Both the position numbers and the translations under genes were made by a program. From the NCBI GenBank assembly GCA_963713975.1, contig OY970218.1, positions 512,001-576,000 on the forward strand: a DNA stretch of 64,000 nucleotides. The letters run 5' to 3'. Below, one piece after another: positions 55,079 through 64,000 of this stretch. The notes under the pieces were generated by a model. The model ran no database searches and was not told where the DNA came from. It was given only the letters and a program-made list of their open reading frames with translations. Position 1 is the first letter of the stretch. Each line of letters begins with the position of its first letter. The DNA is from an uncultured Chloroflexia bacterium (GTDB lineage Bacteria > Chloroflexota > Limnocylindria > Limnocylindrales > CSP1-4).

Positions 55079-55154
55079 GGGGCTATAGCTCAGCTGGGAG
55101 AGCGTCTGAATGGCATTCAGAAGGTCAAGGGTTCGAATCCCTTTAGCTCCACCA
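55079..55154 (+). tRNA. tRNA-Ala(GGC)
   Basis: Cloverleaf, TCTGA-ATGGCAT-TCAGA, G3-U70, CCA; upstream extended -10 TGGTAGACT. Confidence 0.97.
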
Positions 55155-55178
55155 ACACCCCGCTAGCGCCGACAACCT

Positions 55179-55212
55179 GACCCCTCGCCGGGACCGGCGG
55201 GGGGTTCGTTTC
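55179..55212 (+). terminator. Terminator-like hairpin after the tRNA
   Basis: ACCCCTCGCCG / CGGCGGGGGGT followed by TCGTTT. Confidence 0.6.
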
Positions 55213-55233
55213 ATTCCGAATTGGGACGGGACC

Positions 55234-57915
55234 GTGACGACGACAGGCGACACCGAAAGCAGCGGCCAGGGCAACGGCCACGGGGGGCGCTCCCGCATCG
55301 AGCGCTACGAGCCCGCGGCCATCGAGCCCAGGTGGCAGCAGCGCTGGGACGACCTCCGCCTCTACGAGACCGATCTCGACGACCGGTCGAGGCCCCGCTA
55401 CTACCTGCTGACGATGTACGACTACCCCTCGGGGTCACTCCACATCGGTCACTGGTACGTGAAGACGCCGACGGACGCGATCGGCCGCTACCGGCGGATG
55501 CACGGCGACAACGTGTTCCTGCCGGTCGGCTTCGATGCGTTCGGGCTGCCAGCCGAGAACGCCGCCATCAAGAACAACATCAACCCGCGCGACTGGACGA
55601 TGGCCAACATCGAGAAGATGCGCCGCCAGCTGCGGACGATGGGCGCGTCGTTCGACTGGACCGCCGAGGTCGTCACCTGCGATCCCGAGTACTACCGCTG
55701 GAACCAGTGGTTGTTCCTCAAGCTCATGGAGAAGGGCCTGGCATACCGCTCCGTCTCGGCCGTGGACTGGTGCCCCAACGACGGGACGCTCGCACGCGAA
55801 CAGGTCGAGGGCACGGATCGCCGCTGCTGGCGCTGCGGCGCGCAGGTCGAGAAGCGCGAGCTGCCCCAGTGGTACCTGGGCATCACCAACTACGCGGACG
55901 ACCTGCTCGACTTCGGGGGCATCGACTGGCCGGATCCCGTCCGGATCATGCAGACGAATTGGATCGGGCGTTCGTCGGGCGCCGAGATCGTGTTCGAGAC
56001 GGCCCCCTCGGCGCACCACGCCGGCGGCGAGGAGCTGCGGGTGTTCACCACCCGGCCGGACACGCTGTTCGGCGCCACGTTCATGGTGCTCGCGCCCGAG
56101 CACGCCCTTGTCGCCGCGCTGACGGCACCCGACCGCAAGGCCGAGGTGGACGCCTACGTGGCGCAGTCCGCCGCGAAGACGGAGATCGACCGTCTCTCGG
56201 CCGACCGGGAGAAGACCGGTGTCCCCATCGGCGCGGACGCCATCAACCCGGTCAACGGGGAGCGGATCCCGATCTTCATCGCGGACTACGTGCTGGGCTC
56301 CTACGGCACGGGCGCGATCATGGCCGTGCCCGCCCACGACGAGCGCGACTTCGCCTTCGCGCAGGCCTTCGGCCTGCCGATCGTGAGGGTCGTCATGCCC
56401 AAGGGCGCCGATCCCGACGCGCCGATGACCGAGGCGTTCGTCGACAAGGCGGCCGATCTCGCCCCGGCGGCGACGCCAGAGCACCACGGGATCCTGGGCG
56501 GCATCCTGGACGAGGTCGAGATGCTCGCCCGCGGGCGGACGGCAGCGGACCAGATCGTGATGGTCAACTCGGGCGAGTTCACGGGGAAGCCGGCCGTCGA
56601 TGCCTGGCACCAGATTGTGTCCTCGCTCGAAGAGCGCGGCAAGGGCCGCCAGGCGGTCACCTACCGGCTGCGCGACTGGCTGATCAGCCGCCAGCGCTAC
56701 TGGGGCACGCCGATCCCGGTCATCCACTGCGAGCAGTGCGGCGCGGTCCCGGTCCCCGAGCAGGACCTGCCCGTCCTGCTGCCCGAGACCGTGGACTACA
56801 AGGGCTCCGGTGACAACCCGCTCAACCGCGACGAGACCTTCCTCAACGTCGCCTGTCCGGAGTGCGGTGCCGCGGCGCGGCGCGAGACGGACACGATGGA
56901 CACGTTCATCGACTCGTCCTGGTACTGGTTCCGGTACCTGTCGCCCCACAACGCGGACGGGCCGGTCGACATCGACCGGGTCAAGGACTGGACACCCGTG
57001 GACCAGTACACGGGTGGCGCCGAGCATGCGGTGATGCACCTGCTGTACAGCCGGTTCTTCACCAAGGCGATGCAGGACCTGGGGCTGGTCCACGAGCCCG
57101 AGCCGTTCCTCCGGCTGTTCAACCAGGGCCAGATCCTGGGCGCCGACGGCGAGCGCATGAGCAAGAGCCGCGGCAACGTCCAGGACCCCGACGAGCTGGT
57201 CGCACGCTACGGGGCGGACGCCGTCCGGCTGTTCCTGATGTTCATGGGCCCCTGGGACCAGGGCGGCCCGTGGAGCCCAACCGGCATCGGCGGAGTGGGC
57301 AAGTTCCTCAACCGCGTCTGGGCGATCGCGATCGACCCGCACGGTCGCGAGCAGGGCGACCCCTCCGGCGGCGCCCTGCCGGAGGGCGAGACCGAGGAGG
57401 TCGCGCGCCACCGGATGCACGCCATGGCGCACCGCACGCTGCGGGACGTGACCGACGACTACGAGGACTTCCGCTGGAACACGATGGTCGCGAAGCTCAT
57501 GGAGCTGAGCAACGTGCTGTCCCGCTACCGGGGCACCCCCGCGGCGGGCCTGCCGGAGTGGGACGAGGCGGTCGGGCTGCTGCTGCTGATGCTCGCCCCC
57601 GCGGCGCCGCACATCACCGAAGAGCTGTGGGCCCGGCGGCTCGAGGCTCGGGGCGAGGCGTGGGAGTCGATCCACGTCCAGCACTGGCCAGCCCTGGACG
57701 AGCGGGCCCTCGCGGAGGCGACCCGCGAGGTGCCGATCCAGGTCAACGGCAAGCTCCGCGACAAGGTCACCGTCCCCACCGACACCTCCGAGCGGAAGCT
57801 CGAGATGATCGTGCTGGAGCGGGAAAAGGTCGTGGCCGCGATGGGTGGCCGCAGGCCCGCCCGGATCATCCACGCGGGCGGAGGCAGGCTCGTCAACATC
57901 GTCCTGAAGGACTAG
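55234..57915 (+). CDS. leuS: Leucine--tRNA ligase
   Basis: [46 protein letters not shown]. Confidence 0.98.
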   Translation: MTTTGDTESSGQGNGHGGRSRIERYEPAAIEPRWQQRWDDLRLYETDLDDRSRPRYYLLTMYDYPSGSLHIGHWYVKTPTDAIGRYRRMHGDNVFLPVGFDAFGLPAENAAIKNNINPRDWTMANIEKMRRQLRTMGASFDWTAEVVTCDPEYYRWNQWLFLKLMEKGLAYRSVSAVDWCPNDGTLAREQVEGTDRRCWRCGAQVEKRELPQWYLGITNYADDLLDFGGIDWPDPVRIMQTNWIGRSSGAEIVFETAPSAHHAGGEELRVFTTRPDTLFGATFMVLAPEHALVAALTAPDRKAEVDAYVAQSAAKTEIDRLSADREKTGVPIGADAINPVNGERIPIFIADYVLGSYGTGAIMAVPAHDERDFAFAQAFGLPIVRVVMPKGADPDAPMTEAFVDKAADLAPAATPEHHGILGGILDEVEMLARGRTAADQIVMVNSGEFTGKPAVDAWHQIVSSLEERGKGRQAVTYRLRDWLISRQRYWGTPIPVIHCEQCGAVPVPEQDLPVLLPETVDYKGSGDNPLNRDETFLNVACPECGAAARRETDTMDTFIDSSWYWFRYLSPHNADGPVDIDRVKDWTPVDQYTGGAEHAVMHLLYSRFFTKAMQDLGLVHEPEPFLRLFNQGQILGADGERMSKSRGNVQDPDELVARYGADAVRLFLMFMGPWDQGGPWSPTGIGGVGKFLNRVWAIAIDPHGREQGDPSGGALPEGETEEVARHRMHAMAHRTLRDVTDDYEDFRWNTMVAKLMELSNVLSRYRGTPAAGLPEWDEAVGLLLLMLAPAAPHITEELWARRLEARGEAWESIHVQHWPALDERALAEATREVPIQVNGKLRDKVTVPTDTSERKLEMIVLEREKVVAAMGGRRPARIIHAGGGRLVNIVLKD

Positions 57916-58015
57916 CGCCCCGCCCGCTGCCGAACGCGCAAACGCGGCGCCCCGGTCCCCCGGAAGCGCCGCGTCGTGGCGTGTGGTCGACCGCTCGAGG
58001 CGGTCCCCGCAAAGG

Positions 58016-58477
58016 CTACTTCGCGGCGGTGAAGGCCAGCGTGCCCTCGTCCGCGAGCGTCAGCGTGAGCTGGTCGCCGTCGACCTTGTAGCTCTTCGTC
58101 GCTGCCAGGCCGGCCAGGTACTGGTCCGCCATGGAGCCCTCCGGGCAGGCCATCATCGTCGACGCCCCGAGCGTGATCGTCATGCCCCCGTCAGAGGCCG
58201 TCGTGTATGTCCCGGTGACCGCGTTGCAGTCGGCCTGGATGGTCGCCGAGCCATCCTCCTGGAAGGTGATCGCGTAGCTGGGCTGCTGGTCGGCCGGGAC
58301 GACACCCTGGAACGCGGGCACCTTCTCCGTGATCGCGGTGAGCTGCCAGGTCTTGCCCGTCAAGCCCCCGGATCCCGAGCATGCGGCGACGAGGATCGCG
58401 ATGGCGGCGACGGCAAGGCCGATGGCGGCGACGGACCGGCGGCGGCGCGACGGACTGGCGGTCGAGGTCTGGGTCAT
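58016..58477 (-). CDS. META domain (HslJ-like) lipoprotein
   Basis: LVAAC lipobox, LTGKTWQL, DCN, STMMACPE. Confidence 0.85.
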   Translation of the reverse strand: MTQTSTASPSRRRRSVAAIGLAVAAIAILVAACSGSGGLTGKTWQLTAITEKVPAFQGVVPADQQPSYAITFQEDGSATIQADCNAVTGTYTTASDGGMTITLGASTMMACPEGSMADQYLAGLAATKSYKVDGDQLTLTLADEGTLAFTAAK

Positions 58478-58664
58478 GCGGTGGTGTCCTCCGATGTCGA
58501 ACGGGCACGATGCCCCCTGCCCGGCAGCGCCGGAGCAGGGCGAGGATACCCGCTCTGCACGACTCGGGCATCGCCCAACGCGGACGAAGCTGCACCGGCC
58601 CAGCTCGGCGTTCACCGGTACCCTGACGGTGGCGACCCCACCCGCCCATCACGGAGACTGTCCC

Positions 58665-59603
58665 ATGGCCCAGGTCAAGATCGGCGCCCTCTGCTGGAAC
58701 CAGTACACCGATTGGCAGAGTCTGCTCCAGGCTGGCATCCGCGCGGACGAGCTGGGCTACGACACGCTGTGGACGTGGGACCACGTGTATCCGATCGTGG
58801 GTGATTCCACGGGGCCCAACTACGAGGGCTGGCTGACGCTGGCCGCCTGGGCCCAGGCGACGAAGCAGGTGCACATCGGCCTGATGGTCGGCGCCAACAC
58901 GTTCCGCGCGCCCACGCTCACGGCGAAGCTGGCGACCACGCTCGACCACATCAGCAACGGCCGCGCCATCCTGGGCATCGGCGGAGCATGGTTCGAGGAG
59001 GAGCACGAGGACTTCGGGCTCGACTTCGGGTCCGGCTTCCCGGAGCGCCTCCGCTGGCTGGGCGAGGCGCTGCCGATCATGCGCGGCATGCTGGATGGCA
59101 CCGAGCCGACGGCGGCGGGCGATCACTACCACAGCAAGGACACCCGCAACCTGCCGGGGCCCATCCAGGCCCACCTGCCGATCTGCATCGGCGGTGGCGG
59201 CGAGAAGGTCACGCTCAAGCTGGTCGCGAAGTACGGCGACATGAACAACGTCGGCGGCGGTGTGGCCGGTGTCCGCCACAAGGAGGAGGTCCTGCTCCAG
59301 CACTGCGAGACCGTGGGCCGCGACCCGTCCGAGATCGAGCGGACCAGCAACATCGGTGCCCTCTTCATCCGCGACGACCGGGCCGAGGCAGAGCGACTGT
59401 TCCACGCGGCGTTCGACCGCAACCGCGTCGCCCGACACTGGGACGAGCAGCCGGTCGGAACCCCGGAGGATGTGGCCGAGATGCTGGCACCCATGGTGGA
59501 ACTCGGCTACCGGCACCTGGTGGCCGGGTTCCCCTCCACCTACGATGAGGAGTCGATGACCCGGTTCGCCACCGAGGTCCGGCCGCTGCTCGAGAAGGGC
59601 TAG
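58665..59603 (+). CDS. LLM-class (probably F420-dependent) oxidoreductase
   Basis: WTWDH, GANTFR, LDHISNGR, IGGGGEK; GGAG SD. Confidence 0.9.
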   Translation: MAQVKIGALCWNQYTDWQSLLQAGIRADELGYDTLWTWDHVYPIVGDSTGPNYEGWLTLAAWAQATKQVHIGLMVGANTFRAPTLTAKLATTLDHISNGRAILGIGGAWFEEEHEDFGLDFGSGFPERLRWLGEALPIMRGMLDGTEPTAAGDHYHSKDTRNLPGPIQAHLPICIGGGGEKVTLKLVAKYGDMNNVGGGVAGVRHKEEVLLQHCETVGRDPSEIERTSNIGALFIRDDRAEAERLFHAAFDRNRVARHWDEQPVGTPEDVAEMLAPMVELGYRHLVAGFPSTYDEESMTRFATEVRPLLEKG

Positions 59604-59607
59604 CGGG

Positions 59608-60249
59608 CTAGGTCTCGCCGGAGGGAGACGCCGGTTCCGCGGCCTTCGGGTCGCGGGCCTTCGAGCGGAAGCGCTGCGCCTTCGCGCGGTTGCCGCACGT
59701 GGTCATGTCGCACCATCGCCGGCGACCCGCTCGTGACGTGTCCTCGAACACCCAGCGGCAGCCGTCATTGGCGCAGATCCTGAGGCGATCGGTCGCGCCC
59801 GACGCGATCACATCGACGAGCGGCGACGCGAGACGCGCCAGCGCCTCGCCGGTGGGGTCGTCGGTCGAGTGGCGGTGGGCCACCTCGATCCCGTTGGGGC
59901 CCGGCCGCAGCTCGGTCCGCGGGCCTCCATCGAGGAGCGCGTTGAGGGTGGCGAGCGCCTCGACCGCGGGCGCGCGGCCCTCGACCTGCGCATCCCAGAC
60001 CTCACGCAGCGCCTGGCGCGCATCGCGGACCCGCGTCAGCCACGGTGGACCGTCCTGGTGAGCCTGGCGCACGAGATCCTGCTTGTGGGCGAGGCCACGG
60101 TCCGCCAGGAAGGCGACCGCGTCACGCGCGGTGACCAGGCTGTCATCGGGCCGTCCGTCGGTGAGCTCGACCGTGTTGATGAACTCGAGGCAGGCATCGA
60201 GCGGGGCGGCGTGGGCGTGGGTGGTGGTTGCGGGGGCATCGTTCGGCAT
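59608..60249 (-). CDS. ABATE / CGNR zinc-finger protein
   Basis: CLEFINT; RLRICANDGCRWVFEDTSR...RRWCDMTTCGNRAK. Confidence 0.93.
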   Translation of the reverse strand: MPNDAPATTTHAHAAPLDACLEFINTVELTDGRPDDSLVTARDAVAFLADRGLAHKQDLVRQAHQDGPPWLTRVRDARQALREVWDAQVEGRAPAVEALATLNALLDGGPRTELRPGPNGIEVAHRHSTDDPTGEALARLASPLVDVIASGATDRLRICANDGCRWVFEDTSRAGRRRWCDMTTCGNRAKAQRFRSKARDPKAAEPASPSGET

Positions 60250-60256
60250 CTGACGT

Positions 60257-60337
60257 CGTAACCACCATAAACCTGTTGACAGGTTACGTGCAAGCGGGGT
60301 ATTCTTCGTAACCAGTTAGGTGAATTAGTCCGGTTAC
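60257..60337. promoter_or_regulatory. Two GTAACC-N18-GGTTAC operators around a TTGACA-N18-TATTCT promoter
   Basis: Palindromes at 60258-60287 and 60308-60337. Confidence 0.75.
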
Positions 60338-60362
60338 TCCACCGGACACGAGGAGACCCCCG

Positions 60363-60485
60363 ATGGACGTCATGGCCATCACCCTGATCGTGCTCACGAT
60401 CTTCGCGCTGATCGCCGCCGCGGCCGGCGTCGAGAGCCGGGACGCATTCGACGGAACCGATTCCCGCGGCTCCACCGGCCGCTGA
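60363..60485 (+). CDS. Membrane microprotein (40 aa) with GVESRD motif
   Basis: GAGGAG SD; MDVMAITLIVLTIFALIAAAAGVESRDAF... Confidence 0.65.
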   Translation: MDVMAITLIVLTIFALIAAAAGVESRDAFDGTDSRGSTGR

Positions 60486-60499
60486 CGGAGGACACGACG

Positions 60500-60790
60500 A
60501 TGTGGCAGATCCAGGCCCAGCTCGCCCACGACATCATTCGGGAGCGTCAGGCGGAGGCCGAGAAGCGCTCCGCGTGGCGGCGGGCCGAGGAGCTCGCCGC
60601 TGCAGAGCGGCTCGCCCACCCCGACCTTGTGCCTCCGCGTGCCGTTGCCGCACCCCGGCGTGCGCTTGCGGCGGCCCTGCGACGCCTGGCGGCAGGAGCA
60701 GGCTCGCTGGCCGGCACCGCTTGCTCGGCCGCATCCAGGGTCGAGGGGCGACCGGTGGATGCGCGGCCGGCCGGAGGACCGGCGGCCTAG
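60500..60790 (+). CDS. Small hypothetical protein
   Basis: GGAGG SD; LAHDIIRERQAEAE motif. Confidence 0.65.
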   Translation: MWQIQAQLAHDIIRERQAEAEKRSAWRRAEELAAAERLAHPDLVPPRAVAAPRRALAAALRRLAAGAGSLAGTACSAASRVEGRPVDARPAGGPAA

Positions 60791-61512
60791 GACCCGGTTT
60801 GTGGATCTTCCAGCCCGGGGGCCCGCGGACCTGGAAGCGCGATGACGTCGGGCTCGACGTCCAGGTGGTCCTCGGCCAACCCCCTACCGGGGCGCAGCGC
60901 CAAGGGCCGCCTGATCGCGATCCGGACGGCCCGCCGGCGCGCTGCGGCCTCCCGTGCCGCGGAACCACTCTTCGTCGCGGCGCCCCGGGCCGCCGGGCCG
61001 ACCTTCCCAATCACAACTCGCGCAGTCGGGGCCGCCTTCGACGCTGCCGCTGTTGCCACGGATGCCGCCTTCGCGGTCGCACGGCCGGCCCCCCGGGTGC
61101 CGGTGACCGCCAGACGGCTGCCTCCTCGAACGGCCTTGCCCGTCGTTCGCACGCTGGCCCGGACGGTCCACGCCGTCGCGACGGCCATGGTGCGGAGATC
61201 CTCGGCCAGGTCGCCATCCGCCAGGCCGACCGCGTCGAGGTGCCGGCGACGTCGCTCAGGGTCGAGCCCGGCCATCGCGAACTTGAGCGCCGCGATGGCG
61301 AAGGCGATGTCATCGAGCTGGCCCAGGACGGGGATCACGCCCGGCACGAGGTCGACGGGCGACACGAGGTAGCCCGCCGCGGCCACGACCGCGGCGCGAC
61401 GAACGCGGCCGAGCATCGGGTCACGGCCGAGGCCCCACGCCAGACGTAGGTACGCCGGCATCCGCCGCAGGGTTGCGGTGGTGCGCGCGCGCGGGAACGG
61501 GTCGTCGGCCAT
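60787..61512 (-). CDS. YkvA/DUF1232 family protein
   Basis: YLVSPVDLVPGVIPVLGQLDD. Confidence 0.85.
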   Translation of the reverse strand: MADDPFPRARTTATLRRMPAYLRLAWGLGRDPMLGRVRRAAVVAAAGYLVSPVDLVPGVIPVLGQLDDIAFAIAALKFAMAGLDPERRRRHLDAVGLADGDLAEDLRTMAVATAWTVRASVRTTGKAVRGGSRLAVTGTRGAGRATAKAASVATAAASKAAPTARVVIGKVGPAARGAATKSGSAAREAAARRRAVRIAIRRPLALRPGRGLAEDHLDVEPDVIALPGPRAPGLEDPQTGS

Positions 61513-61650
61513 CGGTGCTCCTGTGTCCTCTCCCGATCCTAGCCCGAGACGCCGCTGGGCGCCGGAGGCCCGGAGGACACGGGCTCACGCCATCCGTCAG
61601 GTGCCGGCCATCGCTCGATGACCGGTCTCCCGTTCGCTACCAGTTCGGGA

Positions 61651-62418
61651 TCAGCCCTCGCGCCACTTCATCAGGCCGAATGCGGCGCCTTCGGGGTCCC
61701 CCAGGACCGCGAAGCGGCCACCCGGGAAGTCCGTCGGTCCCAGCATCTCGTGCCCGCCGAGCTCGATCGCCTTCGCGCAGGCCGCATCGATATCGTCCGT
61801 CGCAAAGTAGACCAGCCAGTAGCTGGGAACCTCAGACGGGACCATGTCGGGCATCTCCATCCCGCCGGCGACCGAGTGGCCGTCCACCTGGAACTCCGTG
61901 TACTGCCCGCCCTGGGGCATGTCGGAGCTCTTGGCCGCCCAGCCGAAGACGTCCGCGTAGAACGACGTCACCTTGTCGAACCCGCGCGCGTTCAGCTCGG
62001 CCCAGGCGAAGGTGCCCGGGGCGTCCGAGGCAAAGCCGCGCATCTCCTTGGCCTGCCAGGCGCCAAAGACCGCGCCGGCGGGGTCGGCAAAGACGGCCAT
62101 CCAGCCCTGCGGCCCGATCTCCATCGGCGGGGCGATGACCGCGCCGCCAGCCGCGGTGACCTTCGCAGCGAGGGCTGTGATGTCAGGCGTGCCGACGTAC
62201 ATCGACCACACGGTCGGCTGTCCGGGCATCTGCTTGGGTCCCAGGCCGGCGAGATCCTTGCCGCCGGTCCTTGCCATCGTGTAGCCGCCGTACTTGGGAT
62301 CGGGCTCGTCGATGTTCCAGCCCAGGACGCCCGTGTAGAAGGCCCCGGCCATCTTCGTGTCATCGGTCGCGAGGTCAACCCAGACAACCTTCTCCGTGGC
62401 CATCGCTGCTTCCGCCAT
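61651..62418 (-). CDS. VOC/glyoxalase family protein (two domains, CFP32-like)
   Basis: WVDL...FY..VLGW, DPAGAVF, W.VYF, DPEGA. Confidence 0.9.
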   Translation of the reverse strand: MAEAAMATEKVVWVDLATDDTKMAGAFYTGVLGWNIDEPDPKYGGYTMARTGGKDLAGLGPKQMPGQPTVWSMYVGTPDITALAAKVTAAGGAVIAPPMEIGPQGWMAVFADPAGAVFGAWQAKEMRGFASDAPGTFAWAELNARGFDKVTSFYADVFGWAAKSSDMPQGGQYTEFQVDGHSVAGGMEMPDMVPSEVPSYWLVYFATDDIDAACAKAIELGGHEMLGPTDFPGGRFAVLGDPEGAAFGLMKWREG

Positions 62419-62666
62419 GGTGCACCTCTCGGAACGCTGGACCGGCCCAGGGGACGGGCGGGTCCGTTCGCGGCAGTATGGGCGGCTTGGGTGAATCGTG
62501 GCGCCGGCGATCTCCTCGAGACCACCAAGGGTCCGAAGTGCGTAAGCGGCAGATAAGTGGCGCCGCGTAGCGTTGGGCCCGGACCTCCGACCCGCAGGAC
62601 GTGCCCCCTATGGGGCGGAGGTCACCCCATTGCCCCCGCCGGGCCCGCCGGGGAGACGTCCGACCC

Positions 62667-63377
62667 GTGGAGCCCTCCAGTGCGCCTTGGCGCGTCCTCG
62701 AGACAACCGAACCCGCACCGCCCGAGCCCGGACCCGCGTCGCGCAGCCTGCCGTGGCCGGCCATCGCAGCAGCGATCGTCGCCGTGTTCGTGGCCGTCGC
62801 GGCCATCCTGGTCACCGCACGACCCGAACCGGTCATCGGCATCGATGGCGCGGCTGACTTGCGCGCCGGAGCCGCTGGACCAGGGGGGACCCGGTCCGCC
62901 GATCCGGCGTCATCTCCCCCGGACCTCGTCGTGGCGGTGAGTGGCGCCGTGCAGCGGCCCGGGGTGTACCGCCTCCACGCAGGGGCGCGGGTCGGGGACG
63001 CGATCGGTGCGGCGGGCGGGTACGGGGCCACCGTGGACGCCGATCTGGTCGACCGGCAGCTCAACCTGGCGGCCGTGGTGAGCGACGGCGAAAAGATCCG
63101 CGTGCCCGTGCGTGGCGAGACGGGGGTCGTGGAAGGGGGCGGCGCGGGCACCGTCGTTTCCGGCGGCGCTCCCGTCGCCGGCGGGCCGGTGGACCTGAAC
63201 CGCGCATCGGCCGAGGCGCTGGACACGCTGCCGGGCGTCGGGCCGGTGACGGTCGCGAAGATCATCGCCGCCCGCGAGGAGCAGCCGTTCGCGGGTGTGG
63301 ACGACCTCCTGGCCCGTAAGATCGTGGGTGCGGCCACGCTCGAGAAGATCCGCCCGCTCGCCACCGCCGTACCGTGA
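62667..63377 (+). CDS. comEA: Competence DNA receptor ComEA
   Basis: TM, SLBB VSGAVQRPGVY, HhH VDLNRAS..LDTLPGVG; start uncertain (62601 or 62667). Confidence 0.9.
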   Translation: MEPSSAPWRVLETTEPAPPEPGPASRSLPWPAIAAAIVAVFVAVAAILVTARPEPVIGIDGAADLRAGAAGPGGTRSADPASSPPDLVVAVSGAVQRPGVYRLHAGARVGDAIGAAGGYGATVDADLVDRQLNLAAVVSDGEKIRVPVRGETGVVEGGGAGTVVSGGAPVAGGPVDLNRASAEALDTLPGVGPVTVAKIIAAREEQPFAGVDDLLARKIVGAATLEKIRPLATAVP

Positions 63378-64000
63378 GCGGCGCGCCCGCGAGGGTGCCG
63401 CGGACCGCCTGGGTCGCAGCCGGAGCCGCGGCCGCAGCGGCCTGGACGTGGCTCGGGCTGCCCGGCATTGCACCGCTCGTGGTGGGCCTCGGAGCGCTCG
63501 CGATCGGGCTGGCGGCGCGCCCACCCAGGAGCGGGCCGACCGTCGCCACCATCGCGGCGGGAGCAGGCGCCCTCCTGATCGGGCTGCGGGTCCTCCTGGG
63601 CCCGGCGACGACACCGCCGCCGCCACTTCCGGAAGGCTCGGGTCCATGGATGGCCACGGTCCTGTCCGTTGGCTCGCCACTTGACGGCCAGCAGACCGCC
63701 CGCATCGACCTGCGGGTGGATCCCGGCCCCGTCCAGGTCGCGGGAATGCTGCCGGCCTTCCCGGGGATCCGGGCCGGGGACGCGATCGAGGTGCGTGGCC
63801 GCCTGCGTCCACCGCCCGAGGATGACCCGTACGGCGAGTATCTCCGGCGGACCGGCGCCGCCGGCAGCCTCCGGGCCACGGCCGTGCGGGTCGTGTCGGC
63901 CGCGGAGGGGATCACGCTCCAGTCCGTCCGCGATGGAGCAGGTGACGCGCTGCGCCTCGCCCTGCCGGAGCCCGAGGCGGGGCTCGCAGCCGGGATCCTG
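63374..64000 (+). CDS. comEC: ComEC/Rec2 competence protein, N-terminal part (runs off window edge)
   Basis: GTGA overlap with comEA; TM segments, OB-like GD.I...GRL.PP....YGEYLRR, LPEPEAGLAAGIL. Confidence 0.8.
   Translation, partial: MSGAPARVPRTAWVAAGAAAAAAWTWLGLPGIAPLVVGLGALAIGLAARPPRSGPTVATIAAGAGALLIGLRVLLGPATTPPPPLPEGSGPWMATVLSVGSPLDGQQTARIDLRVDPGPVQVAGMLPAFPGIRAGDAIEVRGRLRPPPEDDPYGEYLRRTGAAGSLRATAVRVVSAAEGITLQSVRDGAGDALRLALPEPEAGLAAGIL

Larger units (their letters stand above)
36478..55121. mobile_element. Degenerate genomic island at tRNA-Ala(GGC); no integrase retained
   Basis: tRNA fragment and intact tRNA as flanks; shared 15-bp inverted sequence near both ends; internal pseudogenes and IS relic; visibly more A/T-rich codons. 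Confidence 0.7.

Noticed and set aside
55155-55233. T-box leader for leuS
   Set aside because: Only about 80 nt and no T-box consensus; the hairpin is better explained as the tRNA terminator

Overview
High-GC bacterial chromosomal window. The AGAAC-N4-GTTCT SOS boxes and gene content suggest Chloroflexota, possibly Limnocylindria-like; this is an inference. Housekeeping genes are hemW, lepA, pgi, rpsT, gap-pgk-eno, udp, leuS, three tRNAs and comEA-comEC. They are interspersed with a split, LexA-boxed imuA-imuB-DUF6504...dnaE2 mutagenesis cassette, a Phd-VapC TA pair, a large eCIS-effector-like protein with a 63-bp VNTR, an ECF sigma/anti-sigma pair and several membrane microproteins missing from the ORF track. 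The main discovery is an integrase-less island of about 18.6 kb (36478-55121). It is bounded by a decayed 5' half of tRNA-Ala(GGC) on the left and the intact tRNA-Ala(GGC) on the right, with CGATAAC arm-like repeats at both ends. It encodes an apparent catabolic regulon: sn-glycerol-1-phosphate dehydrogenase, HAD-IIA phosphatase, an orphan TIM barrel, glycerophosphodiesterase, an ABC importer, GH2 beta-mannosidase, ROK kinase, SIS isomerase, and RpiR and GntR regulators. Three copies of a TAGCATTGCTGC-N18-GCAGCAATGCTA operator tie these operons together. A structured ~260-nt leader upstream of gap and an S20 with a histone-H1-like tail are also notable. All family assignments come from motifs recognised by eye; no searches were run.
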